From positions 53,463,306 to 53,527,305 of the forward strand of contig NC_068984.1 in NCBI RefSeq assembly GCF_001194135.2: DNA of 64,000 nt, read 5' to 3'. Within the stretch, counting starts at the first letter, position 1. Each line of letters opens with the position of its first letter. Under the pieces are notes generated by a model. It was not told where the DNA came from. It saw only the letters and a list, made by a program, of their open reading frames with translations, and made no database searches. This stretch comes from Octopus bimaculoides. Taxonomy: Eukaryota. The position numbers and the translations under genes were made by a program. This document shows positions 1 through 11,022 of this stretch, piece after piece.

Positions 1-38
<38 letters not shown>

Positions 39-59
39 CACACATAAGGATAAGCATAT

Positions 60-133
60 TAAAAGGGGTCCGTGAGAAAACTCATTTAAATAAAAGGGCT
101 CCTTGGTTGTGGAAAAGATTGGCATCCACTGCT
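60..133. mobile_element. One end of a hAT-like MITE
   Basis: Ends ...GGAAAAGATTGGCATCCACTG, resembling AAAAGGTTGGGAACCACTG-type hAT termini. No partner TIR seen. Confidence 0.35.
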
Positions 134-461
134 ATAGAACTTCCAGTGAAAGTGGGATGTCGTGGATGAGTTGTTAGATCTACATTGTCTTACTCGGTTG
201 GTACTGGAGTTGAGAGGAACAGTAGAGTAGGAATTTGTGACAGGAAGAGAGAAACAGAGAAAACTCCATCACTGATATATGATAGGGGTTGAGGATAAAA
301 ATAAATCCTCAGCAAGTATTAAAACAAAATAAATGTAAGGAGAATAGAGTTGCCTTTGATTTAGTAAGATTACTGCATAGATGACAACAATAGCGTAGCG
401 TGGGTTCTGGTGCTCTGTGTGGTAGCTAGATTGGCAGGTCCCTTTTTTAAATGTAACATAC

Positions 462-541
462 CTTCAACGTGTGTTTATCCACCTCTCCTAAAGTGGCTGC
501 TTTGCGCAATCTGCACTCATCGCACTCCCTATGCAACGCCA
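462..541 (-). CDS. Candidate internal coding exon (80 nt) of an unidentified minus-strand gene; peptide xALHRECDECRLRKAATLGEVDKHTLK
   Basis: On the minus strand: acceptor TTTTTTTTCTTGTTATCCAG| and donor AAG|GTATGT. About 50% GC in an AT-rich background. One of three frames is open (phase 1 in, phase 0 out), and the same frame has stops just upstream of the acceptor. Protein not recognised. Confidence 0.55.
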
Positions 542-1206
542 CTGGATAACAAGAAAAAAAACCGTGTTATGATGTCGGCTAAAGAATTTGGATTTATTTG
601 TGTCAGAGAGAGAGACTGGTAACGTCAATGCTGCTCGGGTATTCTACCAATCTCGCTCTGACACAATTATACATATATGTATCTATAAATAAACAAACAT
701 AACAAAAAGATCTTCTATTACACCCTCTCACATACAAACACTGTATTCTCTCTCTTACTCTTTCTCTCTCTCAAATTCACACTTGTATTATTGTTTATGC
801 ATCTATAAATATACTAACAGCCTACACTGAAAGATTTCTCCGCACGTTAACGTAGAAATACACATATACTCATACACATTAATATGCACAATCACATGAT
901 ATAACTAACTGTACATATACGTTTATACACGCAATTACACACGTAGACACACGTGCACAACCAAAGGTGATGAGGACTGTTCCATCTCTGTTTTATACAT
1001 AATCACAGCAATATGCACCAAAACATAGTTCCACAAATGATTATAAAAAGAAAAAAAACAAAACAATATTCACTTATATACACAAAGCTATCGCCGTATC
1101 AAAACAATGCGCATATATATGCAGGCAGAAATAGCAAACATATATACTAAACCACATTCATAACGTCAAACATACCCCTCTACCACAAATACATTCTCTG
1201 TCTGCC

Positions 1207-1285
<79 letters not shown>

Positions 1286-1764
1286 AGAATGTAAATAAAC
1301 AAACCTACATACACACATCACACATGACTCTGCTTATATAACATCGCATATCATTTACTCAAATACACACTTGACTATATTCATATAGCAGCATACGAAT
1401 CGCACGCGCACACGCGCACACACACAGAGACAGACAGACAGACACACACACACACACACACACACACAGAATACGTATTCGTCTTCTAAGACACATCCAC
1501 ACTCATACACTCATAAGACCATGTGTACATTACTCAAGTGCGCACTCTTTCAAACGCATACACATGCACACATATACACACATGCACATACACGCATACA
1601 CAACTTTAACAAAGCCTTCACACGCACATATGCGTGTGTGCGTGTGCGTGCGCGTGCGTATAGGTGGTATAGCCTGCTTGGTAGTGGATGACTAAAAATA
1701 AGCTCAAGTGTTATTGTAAAAGTACGAATTATTACCGTCCTTTGCTTGAATTACCTACGTAGTC

Positions 1765-1871
1765 TCCTCCTCCTCCTCTTCTTCTTCTTCTTCTTCTTCT
1801 TCTTCTTCTTCTTCTTCTTCTTCGTCTTCTTCTTCTTCTTCTTCTTCTTCTTCTTCTTCTTCTTCTTCTTC
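1765..1871. repeat. (TCC)/(TTC)n microsatellite
   Basis: Directly visible; source of the poly-E ORF 1755..1952. Confidence 0.97.
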
Positions 1872-2295
1872 CACGGCTGAATCGGTAGAGCCTCGGACAA
1901 CGTACCTTGTTGCTGTCGTATTTAGTTGCGTCCCTTTACATTCTAAGTTCAAATGCTGCCAAGGTCAACTTTGTCTTTCCTGCTTCCGGACTCAATAATT
2001 AAATTGACCAGTCCAGTGTGATCGATCGGTGGAACGACGAAATCGATGGAGCATCGGACGGAGATGTCATGAGCTATTTACTCCGAGTCATTGCATTCTG
2101 AGTTCGAATTCCGGCATGGGCTGCATGGCTAGTAGACTTAATTCGTAGCTCGGTTAAACTCCGCCACCTGGTTCTTGCATGCCTTTAGCAGAACACACTC
2201 TTGTTGCTAGCATTCAGCCCATGTCTCCACTTCTGAGAATAACTCTTTTCTACCATTCACCGAAGCTATTGCTAAGGGTCATAAACACTGCCTTT

Positions 2296-2615
2296 CAGGG
2301 CCTCCGAGAGAGGGGGTCCAGCCGGTACTTTGTTCCGGGGCCCAAGAGCTAAGGAGGGTTCCATAGCAACCATGCAACATCCATCCCCCTCATGAAATCA
2401 AGCACTTTCTACTACCCCCAGTCCGACATACACTTACATTCACATACACAAACATTACTATATTTATCATATCACACTTCTTTTTATTAGTATTTATTAT
2501 TAATTATTGTAGGCCTAGTGGTATGGATATATGATAACACCAAGAGTATCTACTTACAGCCCGGGGCCCCAAAAGGGTCTTGTACCGCTTTGCAAAATTT
2601 CTCTTGGAGGCCCTG
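2296..2615. mobile_element. hAT-type MITE (320 bp)
   Basis: TIRs CAGGGCCTCCGAGAG (2296-2310) and CTCTTGGAGGCCCTG (2601-2615), 14/15 match. 8-bp TSD CTGCCTTT (2288-2295) / CTGCCTTC (2616-2623). 8-bp TSDs are typical of hAT. Confidence 0.85.
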
Positions 2616-2633
2616 CTGCCTTCACGCATATAT

Positions 2634-2956
2634 TGGTATTCCGTCGGTTACGATGACGAAAGTTCCACTTGATCCGATCAATAGAACAGCCTGCTCGTGA
2701 AATCAACGTGTAAGTGGCTGAGCACTCCACAGACACGCGTACCATTTATTTGTTCTCAGGGAGATTCAGCGTGACAAAGAATGTAACAAGTCTGGCCATT
2801 TGTAATACAGGTACTTCTCATTTTTGCCAGTTGAGGAGACGGAAGCAACACGAAATAAAGTGTCTTGCTCAAGGACACAACGCGTTGCCGGGAATTGAAT
2901 TCACAACCTTACGATCATGAGCGGAATACCCTAACCACTAAGCCACGTGCCTTCAC
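2634..2956 (-). mobile_element. tRNA-derived SINE, family D (full length)
   Basis: Minus strand: head GTGAAGGCACGTGGCTTAGTGGTTAGGG (A box), B-box-like GAATTCAATTCC, core GTGTCCTTGAGCAAGACACTTTA, and a 3' module shared with family A. Confidence 0.85.
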
Positions 2957-3377
2957 TGTGTGTGTATGTGTGTGTGTGTGTGTGTGTGTGCGCGTATGCG
3001 CATGTGCGTTTGTATACGTATGGCTACGTGATAAAAGGAGATTAGCGAAGTCTTTTATCCTTCGATGGTTGGTAAAATAAGTGTCAGTCGCATATAAGAG
3101 TCCAACTACATTCACTAATTTGTGGGTTTGTATCTGTGTTACAAACCAATATACAAACTGAGCGTCCGACTTGCTAGAAATAGTAACTTGTGCCTACAAA
3201 AGAAAACTTGTGCCTATAAAAGAAAAGCTAAAAATAATTGTAGTCTGGTACCTGTGTCACAAATCAATATATAGAAACTCTGATTGGGTTTTACATACGA
3301 AAACTTTACATGGTCGTTCGACTTGTTAGAACTAGCAGCTAATTTCGATATAATAGTTTTAAATAGTGTCATAAATG

Positions 3378-3676
3378 GCCATGGCATTGCACCTAGAAAG
3401 TTACCCTCCGAGGCACAAGTCTGGGCAAGGTTGTTTATGGAAGACAAGCAATCGCCCATGCATACCAGTCTCCCCTCTCCACGCCACCGATGTTATCCAA
3501 GGAAAAGGCAAAGGCCGATACAGCTTGACACCAGTGATGTCGCAACTCATTTCTACAGCTGAGTGAGTTGGAGTAACATGAAATAAAGTGTCTTGCTCAA
3601 GAACACAGGTCCGAGAATACAATTCACTACCTCATGATTATAATCCCGACATTCTAACCACAGAGCTATGCATACC
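3378..3676 (-). mobile_element. tRNA-derived SINE, family E (D-type head and core, different 3' module)
   Basis: Shares TTGAGCAAGACACTTTATTTCA...CTCAGCTG..AAATGAG with D, then unrelated sequence (TTGTGCCTCGGAGGGTAACTTTCTAGGTGCAA). Confidence 0.75.
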
Positions 3677-3682
3677 CAGATG

Positions 3683-4575
3683 AGGTCAGGTGTTGCAGCA
3701 TGCACTGTCGCAGCGTGTTGCTGCATTCACCATTTGTCGCTACATTTCCGGGTCCTCCAGGGCGATCCGTCAAGTAGAATCCCAGTCAGTCCCCATCTCC
3801 ACAAGACACCTCCTCATTTGCTGTAATCATGTGGTATGTGGTCGACCAACACAGGCCGTAAACCCAGCTGGATCAAGTGGAGAGAACATGGTAAACAGGG
3901 TCTAACTCAGAAAATCGAGCAACATGACCAAACAGTCTGAGTTGGTGCTCCCGAATCATACAAATAACAGGTCGCATCCCAGTTCTGAGTAGAGTCGTTG
4001 GTGGGATACGAAATTCGACCAATGGTAACCCATAATCCTGCGAAATGTCCTGGTACCAAAGGAGTTCAGGTGGCTCTTAAGGGCCTCGGACCGTGTACCA
4101 GTCTCACAACTACAGAGCAGGACAGAGAGGACCAGAGACCTAAAAACCCGAATCTTTGTTCTTCTGCACAGATATCAGTAGCACCAAACACCCTTATCAA
4201 ATGAGTCCATATCTGCACCAGCTCGTTTACGTATTTTTAGGACTTCAGATTCGCAGCTAAAGCCACCATGAATCTCGTTGCTGAGATAAGTGAAAAGGCC
4301 AACAACTTCGACATTCTCATCCGCAACAGAGACAGATAATTGGAGGCCTCCAAGAAGCCAACGAAGGACTGGATCTTTGTCTTGACCCAAAATACCCTAA
4401 GGCTAAGTGGTTTCACTTTCTCACTCAGTGAAAGGAGAGCACACCCTAAGACATCCAGAAACTCAGCAGGAATAACCACATCATCAACAAAATCTAGGTC
4501 TGTTATCACATTTTCACCAAATTGTGCACCACAACTCGATCGACACACCATTCGACCAAGAATCCAATCCATGCC
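3683..4575 (-). mobile_element. RTE-clade LINE, 5'-truncated decayed 3' portion (RT and C-terminus)
   Basis: ORF 4237..4572 has ITDLDFVDDVVI (RT FADD region) and VFWVKTK. Downstream frames give RYLCRRTKIRVFRSLVLSVLL, FRRIMGYHWSNFVS and GRPHTT. Ends in an ACCTGACCT tail. Confidence 0.88.
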
Positions 4576-4667
4576 GGCATTGGAACAAAATGAAAGTCAA
4601 GACACCACTCCACTAAGAAAAAAAATAATTGTGGCCTTGTACCTATATCACAAACCAATGTATAAAC

Positions 4668-4813
4668 CAGGTATAGACAGCCTTTTTCGAGAAGCGGGCA
4701 GCATGAGACATAGCTCATCATCAGGTGAGCCGCACACTAAAAGAAAAATGATGTAATTTTTCGTTAAGCATTCCATTCAGAAAGTTCCACGTGCTGTAGC
4801 TTGCCCACAACTA
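4668..4813. mobile_element. Small hAT-like MITE inside a family-H repeat (copy 1)
   Basis: 8-bp TSD GTATAAAC (4660-4667) / ATATAAAC (4814-4821); degenerate TIRs CAGGTATAGACAGC / GCTTGCCCACAACTA. Confidence 0.7.
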
Positions 4814-4929
4814 ATATAAACTGTGTTTGGATATTATACACAGAACCATTATGTGATCGCTCAACTGGCGAGAAATAGCAGCTAGTATCTATATTATAGT
4901 TTAAATCATAAAGAAAAGAAAAATGGATC

Positions 4930-5172
4930 AAAGGTCCTTCCCGAGCCATAGGCTCATAAGGCTGGTTTCCCAGATTCTGTGGCATATATATTCCGCTCCT
5001 GAACGGGACACCGGTCCGTCGCAGAATTAATTACTTTTGCCAGCTGAGTGAACTGAAGCAATGTGAAATGAAGAGTTTTACTTCAGAGCACCACCTCTTG
5101 CCTGGTCCATGAATCAAATCCACAATCTTATGGTCATTAGCTCAGCAGCCTAACCACTAAGCCACGCGCCTT
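4930..5172 (-). mobile_element. tRNA-derived SINE, family F (D-type head and core, third 3' module)
   Basis: Minus strand: head AAGGCGCGTGGCTTAGTGGTTAGG; 3' module contains CTGCGACGGACCGGTGTCCCGTTCAGG. Confidence 0.7.
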
Positions 5173-5699
5173 AACAATAGGCTAAGTAGTATCGCTCTAA
5201 TAGTCTAAATATCCCCACTAAAAAAGTAATTGTGATCTTGTATCTGTATTTCAAATTAATATATAAACTGTGTTAGGGTATCACACTCAGAAACTTTACT
5301 TGATCGCTCGACTTACTAGAAATACTAAATGTCTCTCAAACCACATGCTACAGTTGCAAAAAAAAAAAGTGAATGAAAAGCATTGAAGGGACATTGGATG
5401 ATATAGTGATAGATACGCCATCGAAAGGTTACCTTTGATAATCTACTCCGATATCCATAGTCTGGATGATGAAGATTTGAAAACGTTGAGAAATCTTTCT
5501 AAAACAAATGTTAAAAAATCATAAAAGAAGGTTTCTGTAACATTTGAAATGTTTAAAATTGTTTCAGAGAATAAAATGTCATTCCAACATGCACACAGCA
5601 AACGGAGTAATTCAAAAGTCACTTTAGCATTTAACTGATATATAAAATAAAAAAAAGAAAGCTACAGGAGACTTTTGAATCATACTGTGTATTTCCATC

Positions 5700-6020
5700 C
5701 AATATTCTTGGGAAGGTCATAGAGGTGGGGTAGAGTCCTCAGGTACCTCCCCCATTGGGTTCTATCAAAAGCAACCGTCATTACACTTTCTGGCTGGATT
5801 CCCCCAGCGTGACCAATTGAAGCTATGGATATTATACAACCGTTTCATTCTTGGTCTGCCCTCTACGTCTTCTGCCTGTTGGCTCGGCTTAAAGAATCCG
5901 TTTTGCTATTCTTTCCTGCGACATCCTACTCACATGTCCATAGTACAGAAGCTGTGACCTCTCAATGCGAAGCCACAGTTCCTTCGGAGGAACTCCATTT
6001 CGACCGCTGGTATTACTAGT
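5700..6020 (-). mobile_element. RTE-clade LINE 3' end, Expander/REX3-like
   Basis: Minus-strand translation LRIERSQLLYYGHVSRMSQERIAKRIL*AEPTGRRRRGRPRMKRLYNIHSFNWSRWGIQPESV...DRTQW matches the IERSQLRWxGH..RM / PTGRRPRGRPR pattern. Confidence 0.8.
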
Positions 6021-6313
6021 GCACTCTATATATTTAAATAATTATATTTTAGAACCGAATCCTCTCATTCCAGTTGAAAACGTTAGAAACTGAAGGAATA
6101 CAATATCAAGACGTTCACTACTCAAATTGCTATTTCTTTTCGTTTATCGACTAGTAAGCTCGCTTGCTATGCTGCGTTGAGAAAACATTATTAGAATTGA
6201 TATCTTTCTTGCAAGATGCAGCATGTACACGACTAATGATAAACTAATCAACGAATTTTATTAATCCTTATTAATTGTGATCTTGTACCTGTGTCACAAA
6301 CCAATATATAAAC

Positions 6314-6450
6314 AAGGTATGGGTAACCTTTTTCGAGAAGCAGGCCGCATTTGACATAGCTCATCATCAGGCGGACCACACTACAAAAACTTTGAGGTAA
6401 ATTTTCGTTAAGCGTTCCATTCAGAAAGTTCCGCATTTGGCCCATGACGG
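6314..6450. mobile_element. Small hAT-like MITE inside a family-H repeat (copy 2)
   Basis: Perfect 8-bp TSD ATATAAAC (6306-6313, 6451-6458); homologous to 4668-4813 and at the same host position. Confidence 0.75.
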
Positions 6451-7260
6451 ATATAAACTGTGTTTAGATATTATACACGGAACCATTATGTAATCGTTCG
6501 ACTGGCTAGAAATAGCAGCTAATAATACGGACATTTATTTAACTTCAATTCCTCAGTTATTTCGAAAACATGCAAACTTAAATAAAAAAATATATACGTC
6601 AATCGATGATATAAAAGATGCAAGGGCGTATTAGATGCCCCACCCACCAAATTTCAGCATCCAATACTTAGGAAAGACATATTTTTAGTGCAATATTAAA
6701 GCATGTAATATTTAAAGCAACTTCGCAAATAGGACTTGGAGAGAATTTTTTCAGATATTATTTTGTGGAAAATAAGTGGTGTCAAATACAGTGATCATGC
6801 AACCAACCCCGACTCCCTAATTTTACTTGTCTGGTGATAAAATTTGAAAAACCATTATCATTAATATCCTTTTAATAGAATTTATTGAGATATTATAATT
6901 AGGTCTGCAACGTGGTGAGCTCACTGAATCGCTACCAAGCCGGACCAAATGCTCAGCGGCATATCGTCCGTTTTTACGCTCTGAACTCAAGCTCCGCTGA
7001 AGTGGACTTTGTCTTTCATTCTTTCCAGTCGATAAAATAAGTACCAGTCATGTACTGAGAGCAATATACTCGACTATACTCCCCCACCTCCCGAAATTTC
7101 AGGCCTTGTGCCTCTAATAGAAAGAATTATTATCAGATTTATAAGGGTGGCGCAGATGGTAATGGGTTAAGCAATAATTAATTTCGTTGATTAATTAATG
7201 AGTTCAAATCCTGCCAGTCAGCTTCCGAATTTCCTTTTATCCCACTGTTGATCATCAGGA

Positions 7261-7647
7261 GTGGAGGCTCAATGGCCCAGTGGTTAGGGCAGCGGACTCG
7301 CGGTCATAGGATTGCGGTTTCGATTCCCAGACCGGGCGTTGTGAGTGTTTATTGAGCGAAAACACCTAAAGCGCCACGAGGCTCCGGCAGGGGATGGTGG
7401 CGAACCCTGCTGTACTCTTTCACCACAACTTTCTCTCACTCTTTCTTCCTGTTTCTGTTGTGCCTGTAATCCAAAGAGTCAGCCTTGTCACACTGTGTCA
7501 CGCTGAGCATCCCTGAGAACTACGTTAAGGGTACACGTGTCTGTGGAGTGCTCGGCCACTTGCACGTTAATTTCACGAGCAGGCTGTTCCGTTGATTGGA
7601 TCAACTGGAACTCTCGACGTCGTAAGCGACGGAGTGCCAATAACAAC
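7261..7647 (+). mobile_element. tRNA-derived SINE, family A, full length (copy 1)
   Basis: A box TGGCCCAGTGG, B box GGTTTCGATTCC, tail TGCCAATAACAAC. 11-bp TSD GATCATCAGGA (7250-7260, 7648-7658). Inserted in an older family-B copy. Confidence 0.93.
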
Positions 7648-7796
7648 GATCATCAGGAAATATGTACTATATTCAACTCAATAGACTGAATATAGAAATT
7701 TATACAGGGTCAGGGGTTATCAACCGAAACGGGGTATACCAAAACCCAATTAACGTAGTAGACAGAGACGATAACAACCACAGGACTTTTCACTTA

Positions 7797-8029
7797 TTAT
7801 ATAGGATTAGCAGAGATACCCGGCCTTGCCCTGGGTTAAAATGGCATAGCTCTTGTTATTGTTTTACTAATGTGACTGCGGCCATGCTGGAGCACCGCCG
7901 CTGGTCGAACAAATCGACCACAAGATTTATTCTTTGTAAACCTAGTACTTATTCTATCAGTGACTTTTGTCGAACTGCTATGTTATGGGAACGTAAACAC
8001 AGCAACAACGGTTGTCAAGCAATGGTGGG

Positions 8030-8067
<38 letters not shown>

Positions 8068-8333
8068 ACAAACAATGTTATTGTTTCACTTTTGACACGT
8101 AATACCGAAACAGTGTAAGAGATAAGAGATTGCTCCAGGCTCGCATTAGGCAAGAAGTTGGAAATGTTTAGGGCCCATGACACTCCATAGATTCTAAGTA
8201 CGGCATGTGTAAAATTTGTATGAAATTGGTCAGGTAGTTCACGAGTTTTAGTAATGCACACATACATGTATACAGACAGTCAGAAAGATAGACAGACAGA
8301 CAGACAGACATTCTCAGTTTTATATATATAGAT
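7797..8333 (+). mobile_element. Helentron-associated (HINE/DINE-1-like) non-autonomous element, interrupted by a SINE C 3' half (about 7845-8035, minus)
   Basis: Left end TAGCAGAGATACCCGGCCTTGCCCTGGG; right end (GACA)n followed by TTTTATATATATAGAT, the usual HINE/DINE-1 terminal layout. Confidence 0.6.
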
Positions 8334-9849
8334 TAACTTTTTTCAGTCCCGAATTACTTATTTATAAGTAAAAAATGATTTCATTATTGAAAATGGTTCG
8401 TGTGAGGAATTGTTAATCGCAGCATAACACATTACATGTATAAACATATTGGTTACAGCAACAATTTTTCAAAATTAGCATTTCCGGAATAGTTTATATA
8501 AATTTTCACGTGCAAAATGATATTACAACTGAGATCTGAATATTGAACTATAATTCGGTTAAAAGATATCAGGAAGATTTTCAGAATTTAGTAAAGCACA
8601 TTTTATAAAGATGTACCCTCAAGATCTAACTTTGGCCACTTTTCCTGATCAAATCCTAACCGTGTTGTTTTAAATCGTATGTGTTTTGTAAGTATGTATT
8701 ACTATTTAGTAGAGAAAATCCGCATTACCGCCGATATTCCACTTGGCGGCCGCAGATAAAACTAAAAATCTGGATCTGGATATAAAGTTAAGTAAATTGG
8801 TTTTATATATAAAATGATATTGTAACTAATAATGATTGCTATATCAAAAGCTATGTTGAATAATTAAACCTAGATTCAATGAAATAAACATAAGAAATAT
8901 AGAGACTTTATACTGTCTTAGGGATTAATCTATGTAAATTTCATATATGATACTCAGAGGTTGAACGGGTTTTAAAGGGTTTATCAAGTTTAACATATTT
9001 TAGGAAAATGTTTCGTTTCAAAAATTGTCTTTAATACAATTTTATGTATGTAGCCAGTAATAACTGAAAGTCTTGTTTTTCAACCCCAAACCGATTATTC
9101 TTAATAGTTTGGGGTTCATCTGCTGTTGAAACAAACCGTATTACATGATTATAAGTATATTCGAACGCTTCTTGTAAAATTGTTTCTATTGAAATAGTTC
9201 CGACTTCATTATTTCTGTCAATATCAGCAGGAGCAATTAACGAAAACCCGCCCTGGATTTGTTTGTATAACGCAAATTAACTAATGAATTTTTGTTTTCC
9301 CAGCGGGTATCTATTATAATCATAAGCGTTATTTTCAATCAATTTATTTACAGCTTTTGACTTTTCTTTAAAACAAACTTACACTTGTGCATATCTTTTT
9401 TTTATCATGTGCAAAGTATCGAGGAAATTGAAATTTAAATTGAAATTGAAAATTACAGTATGTTACATATAAAGAAATATATTTTAACAGGACGATTTAG
9501 TATTTAGAAAACAAAACTCGCCAGTGTTTTGAGGAACATCGACATTCTAAATGTTACCGTGCTGCTATTCCGATTCCTAAATTCAAATAGCGTTAAAGAA
9601 TTGTGGAATAATATTGCAAGAACACGTATGCAAACAAATTATAAATGCATAATAATTATCATTGGGTGTTTGCATTTCCTTTGCTGACAAGGAATGGTCA
9701 TGCTAGGAAATTTTGAAGAGTAATCTAATTTGTGTAATCTTGTACGAGTGAGATGAGAAAGATGACTTCGATCTTGTGAGGAGGCTTAACAAAGGCTGAG
9801 CAACGATATACAAAATGAGTTCAGTTCTATTATGATTGACTATATTATG

Positions 9850-10830
9850 AGAGATTCCCATGAGGAAGTAGGTACAGAATCATTTACTATTATTATTGGC
9901 AAATATATCGTTGCACCCAACAAAAAACAACTAAATTTATGTTCGTTGGGTCGATGGAGGCTTGGTGGCCCATGAAGAAATTTTGGGTTTATATCATATT
10001 GTTGGCCAAGCATAACATCTTCAACGGTGTTTTCACTTATCACAGCACACTTACAAGGCTGACAAATTATATCAATCTCTGACGATTGTACAACTGTGGA
10101 GAAGTATTCTTTGATGTAAAAGACAACATATTCGGGGAAGAAAAGAAACCCAGAGTGGCCCAGTATATGGAAGAACTCCAGCATAAAGCTTTAGTAATAT
10201 ACTGCCCAAAATATTCCTTAAGTTTGAGAGTGAAGGATGCAACGCAAGATACTGTCTGATGTGATGAGTAACAGTTAGGAGATCTAGAGAGAATTTACTT
10301 GGTCTTTAAGGAAGTTGACGTCCTGTAGTATCTTATCGTTGAATACACTTACGCAGAGAGTACATGTTGCTTGTTTTCAACGAATTCTCGATACTTTTTC
10401 AGTTCTATTCGGGTATTGACAAGAATATATACAGTCACTGTTGGATACTGTTCATTGGGCGTGTCATTAGATGCCAGGTTGAAATAGAAACGATCAAATT
10501 CTCTTGGACTAAATTTCGTACAGCTCTTGTATTCGGATAGAGACAATGTATGTTACAGCAAAAAGTGGGCTGAAGACTGATGAAATTACTGGACAAGTTT
10601 CACTTGACATTCTCAATGATAATATTTTGTGGAAGGCAAGAATACATAATTTTTTCTCAGAACCTGAGAAGGTCTCCTAGCATAATTGAGAAGATTCCCA
10701 CCACCACTAGTAAAATCGAAATGGGAACTGTGGAAGGCACATTTTGTTGGCTGCATGTGCCATTACAAAATTGTGTATTTTGAGGCTGGCAAATAGAATG
10801 ACCTCACTTATCGACTTTGGTTTTAATCAG
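9850..10830 (+). mobile_element. Highly decayed Ty3/gypsy pol relic (RT to RNase H)
   Basis: Colinear remnants across shifted frames: RNFGFISYCWPSI (RLPFG..SAP), LQG*QIISISDDC (YLDD), KRNPE (RPDPE), ISYSS (HASR), LDKFHL..CGR (VxKFH..L.GR), KIPTTT and ILLAA. Individually weak; the support is their order. Confidence 0.45.
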
Positions 10831-10965
10831 ATCAGTTATAAAGGAAAGATACGCTGATGATATTGACATCGTTTCTAGAAAAACTTAACTTCCAGCGTTT
10901 GAAGTTTCTATGAATGAAACGAACGTTTGTTGTTTGCATGATGTGTAGACCGTCTGAAATATGTC

Positions 10966-11022
<57 letters not shown>

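Noticed and set aside
1755-1952. Poly-glutamate ORF
   Set aside because: Translation of a (TTC)n microsatellite joined to a SINE B fragment.
7261-7340. tRNA genes at SINE heads
   Set aside because: A and B boxes are present, but the sequence runs on into SINE bodies with TSDs and no complete cloverleaf was seen.
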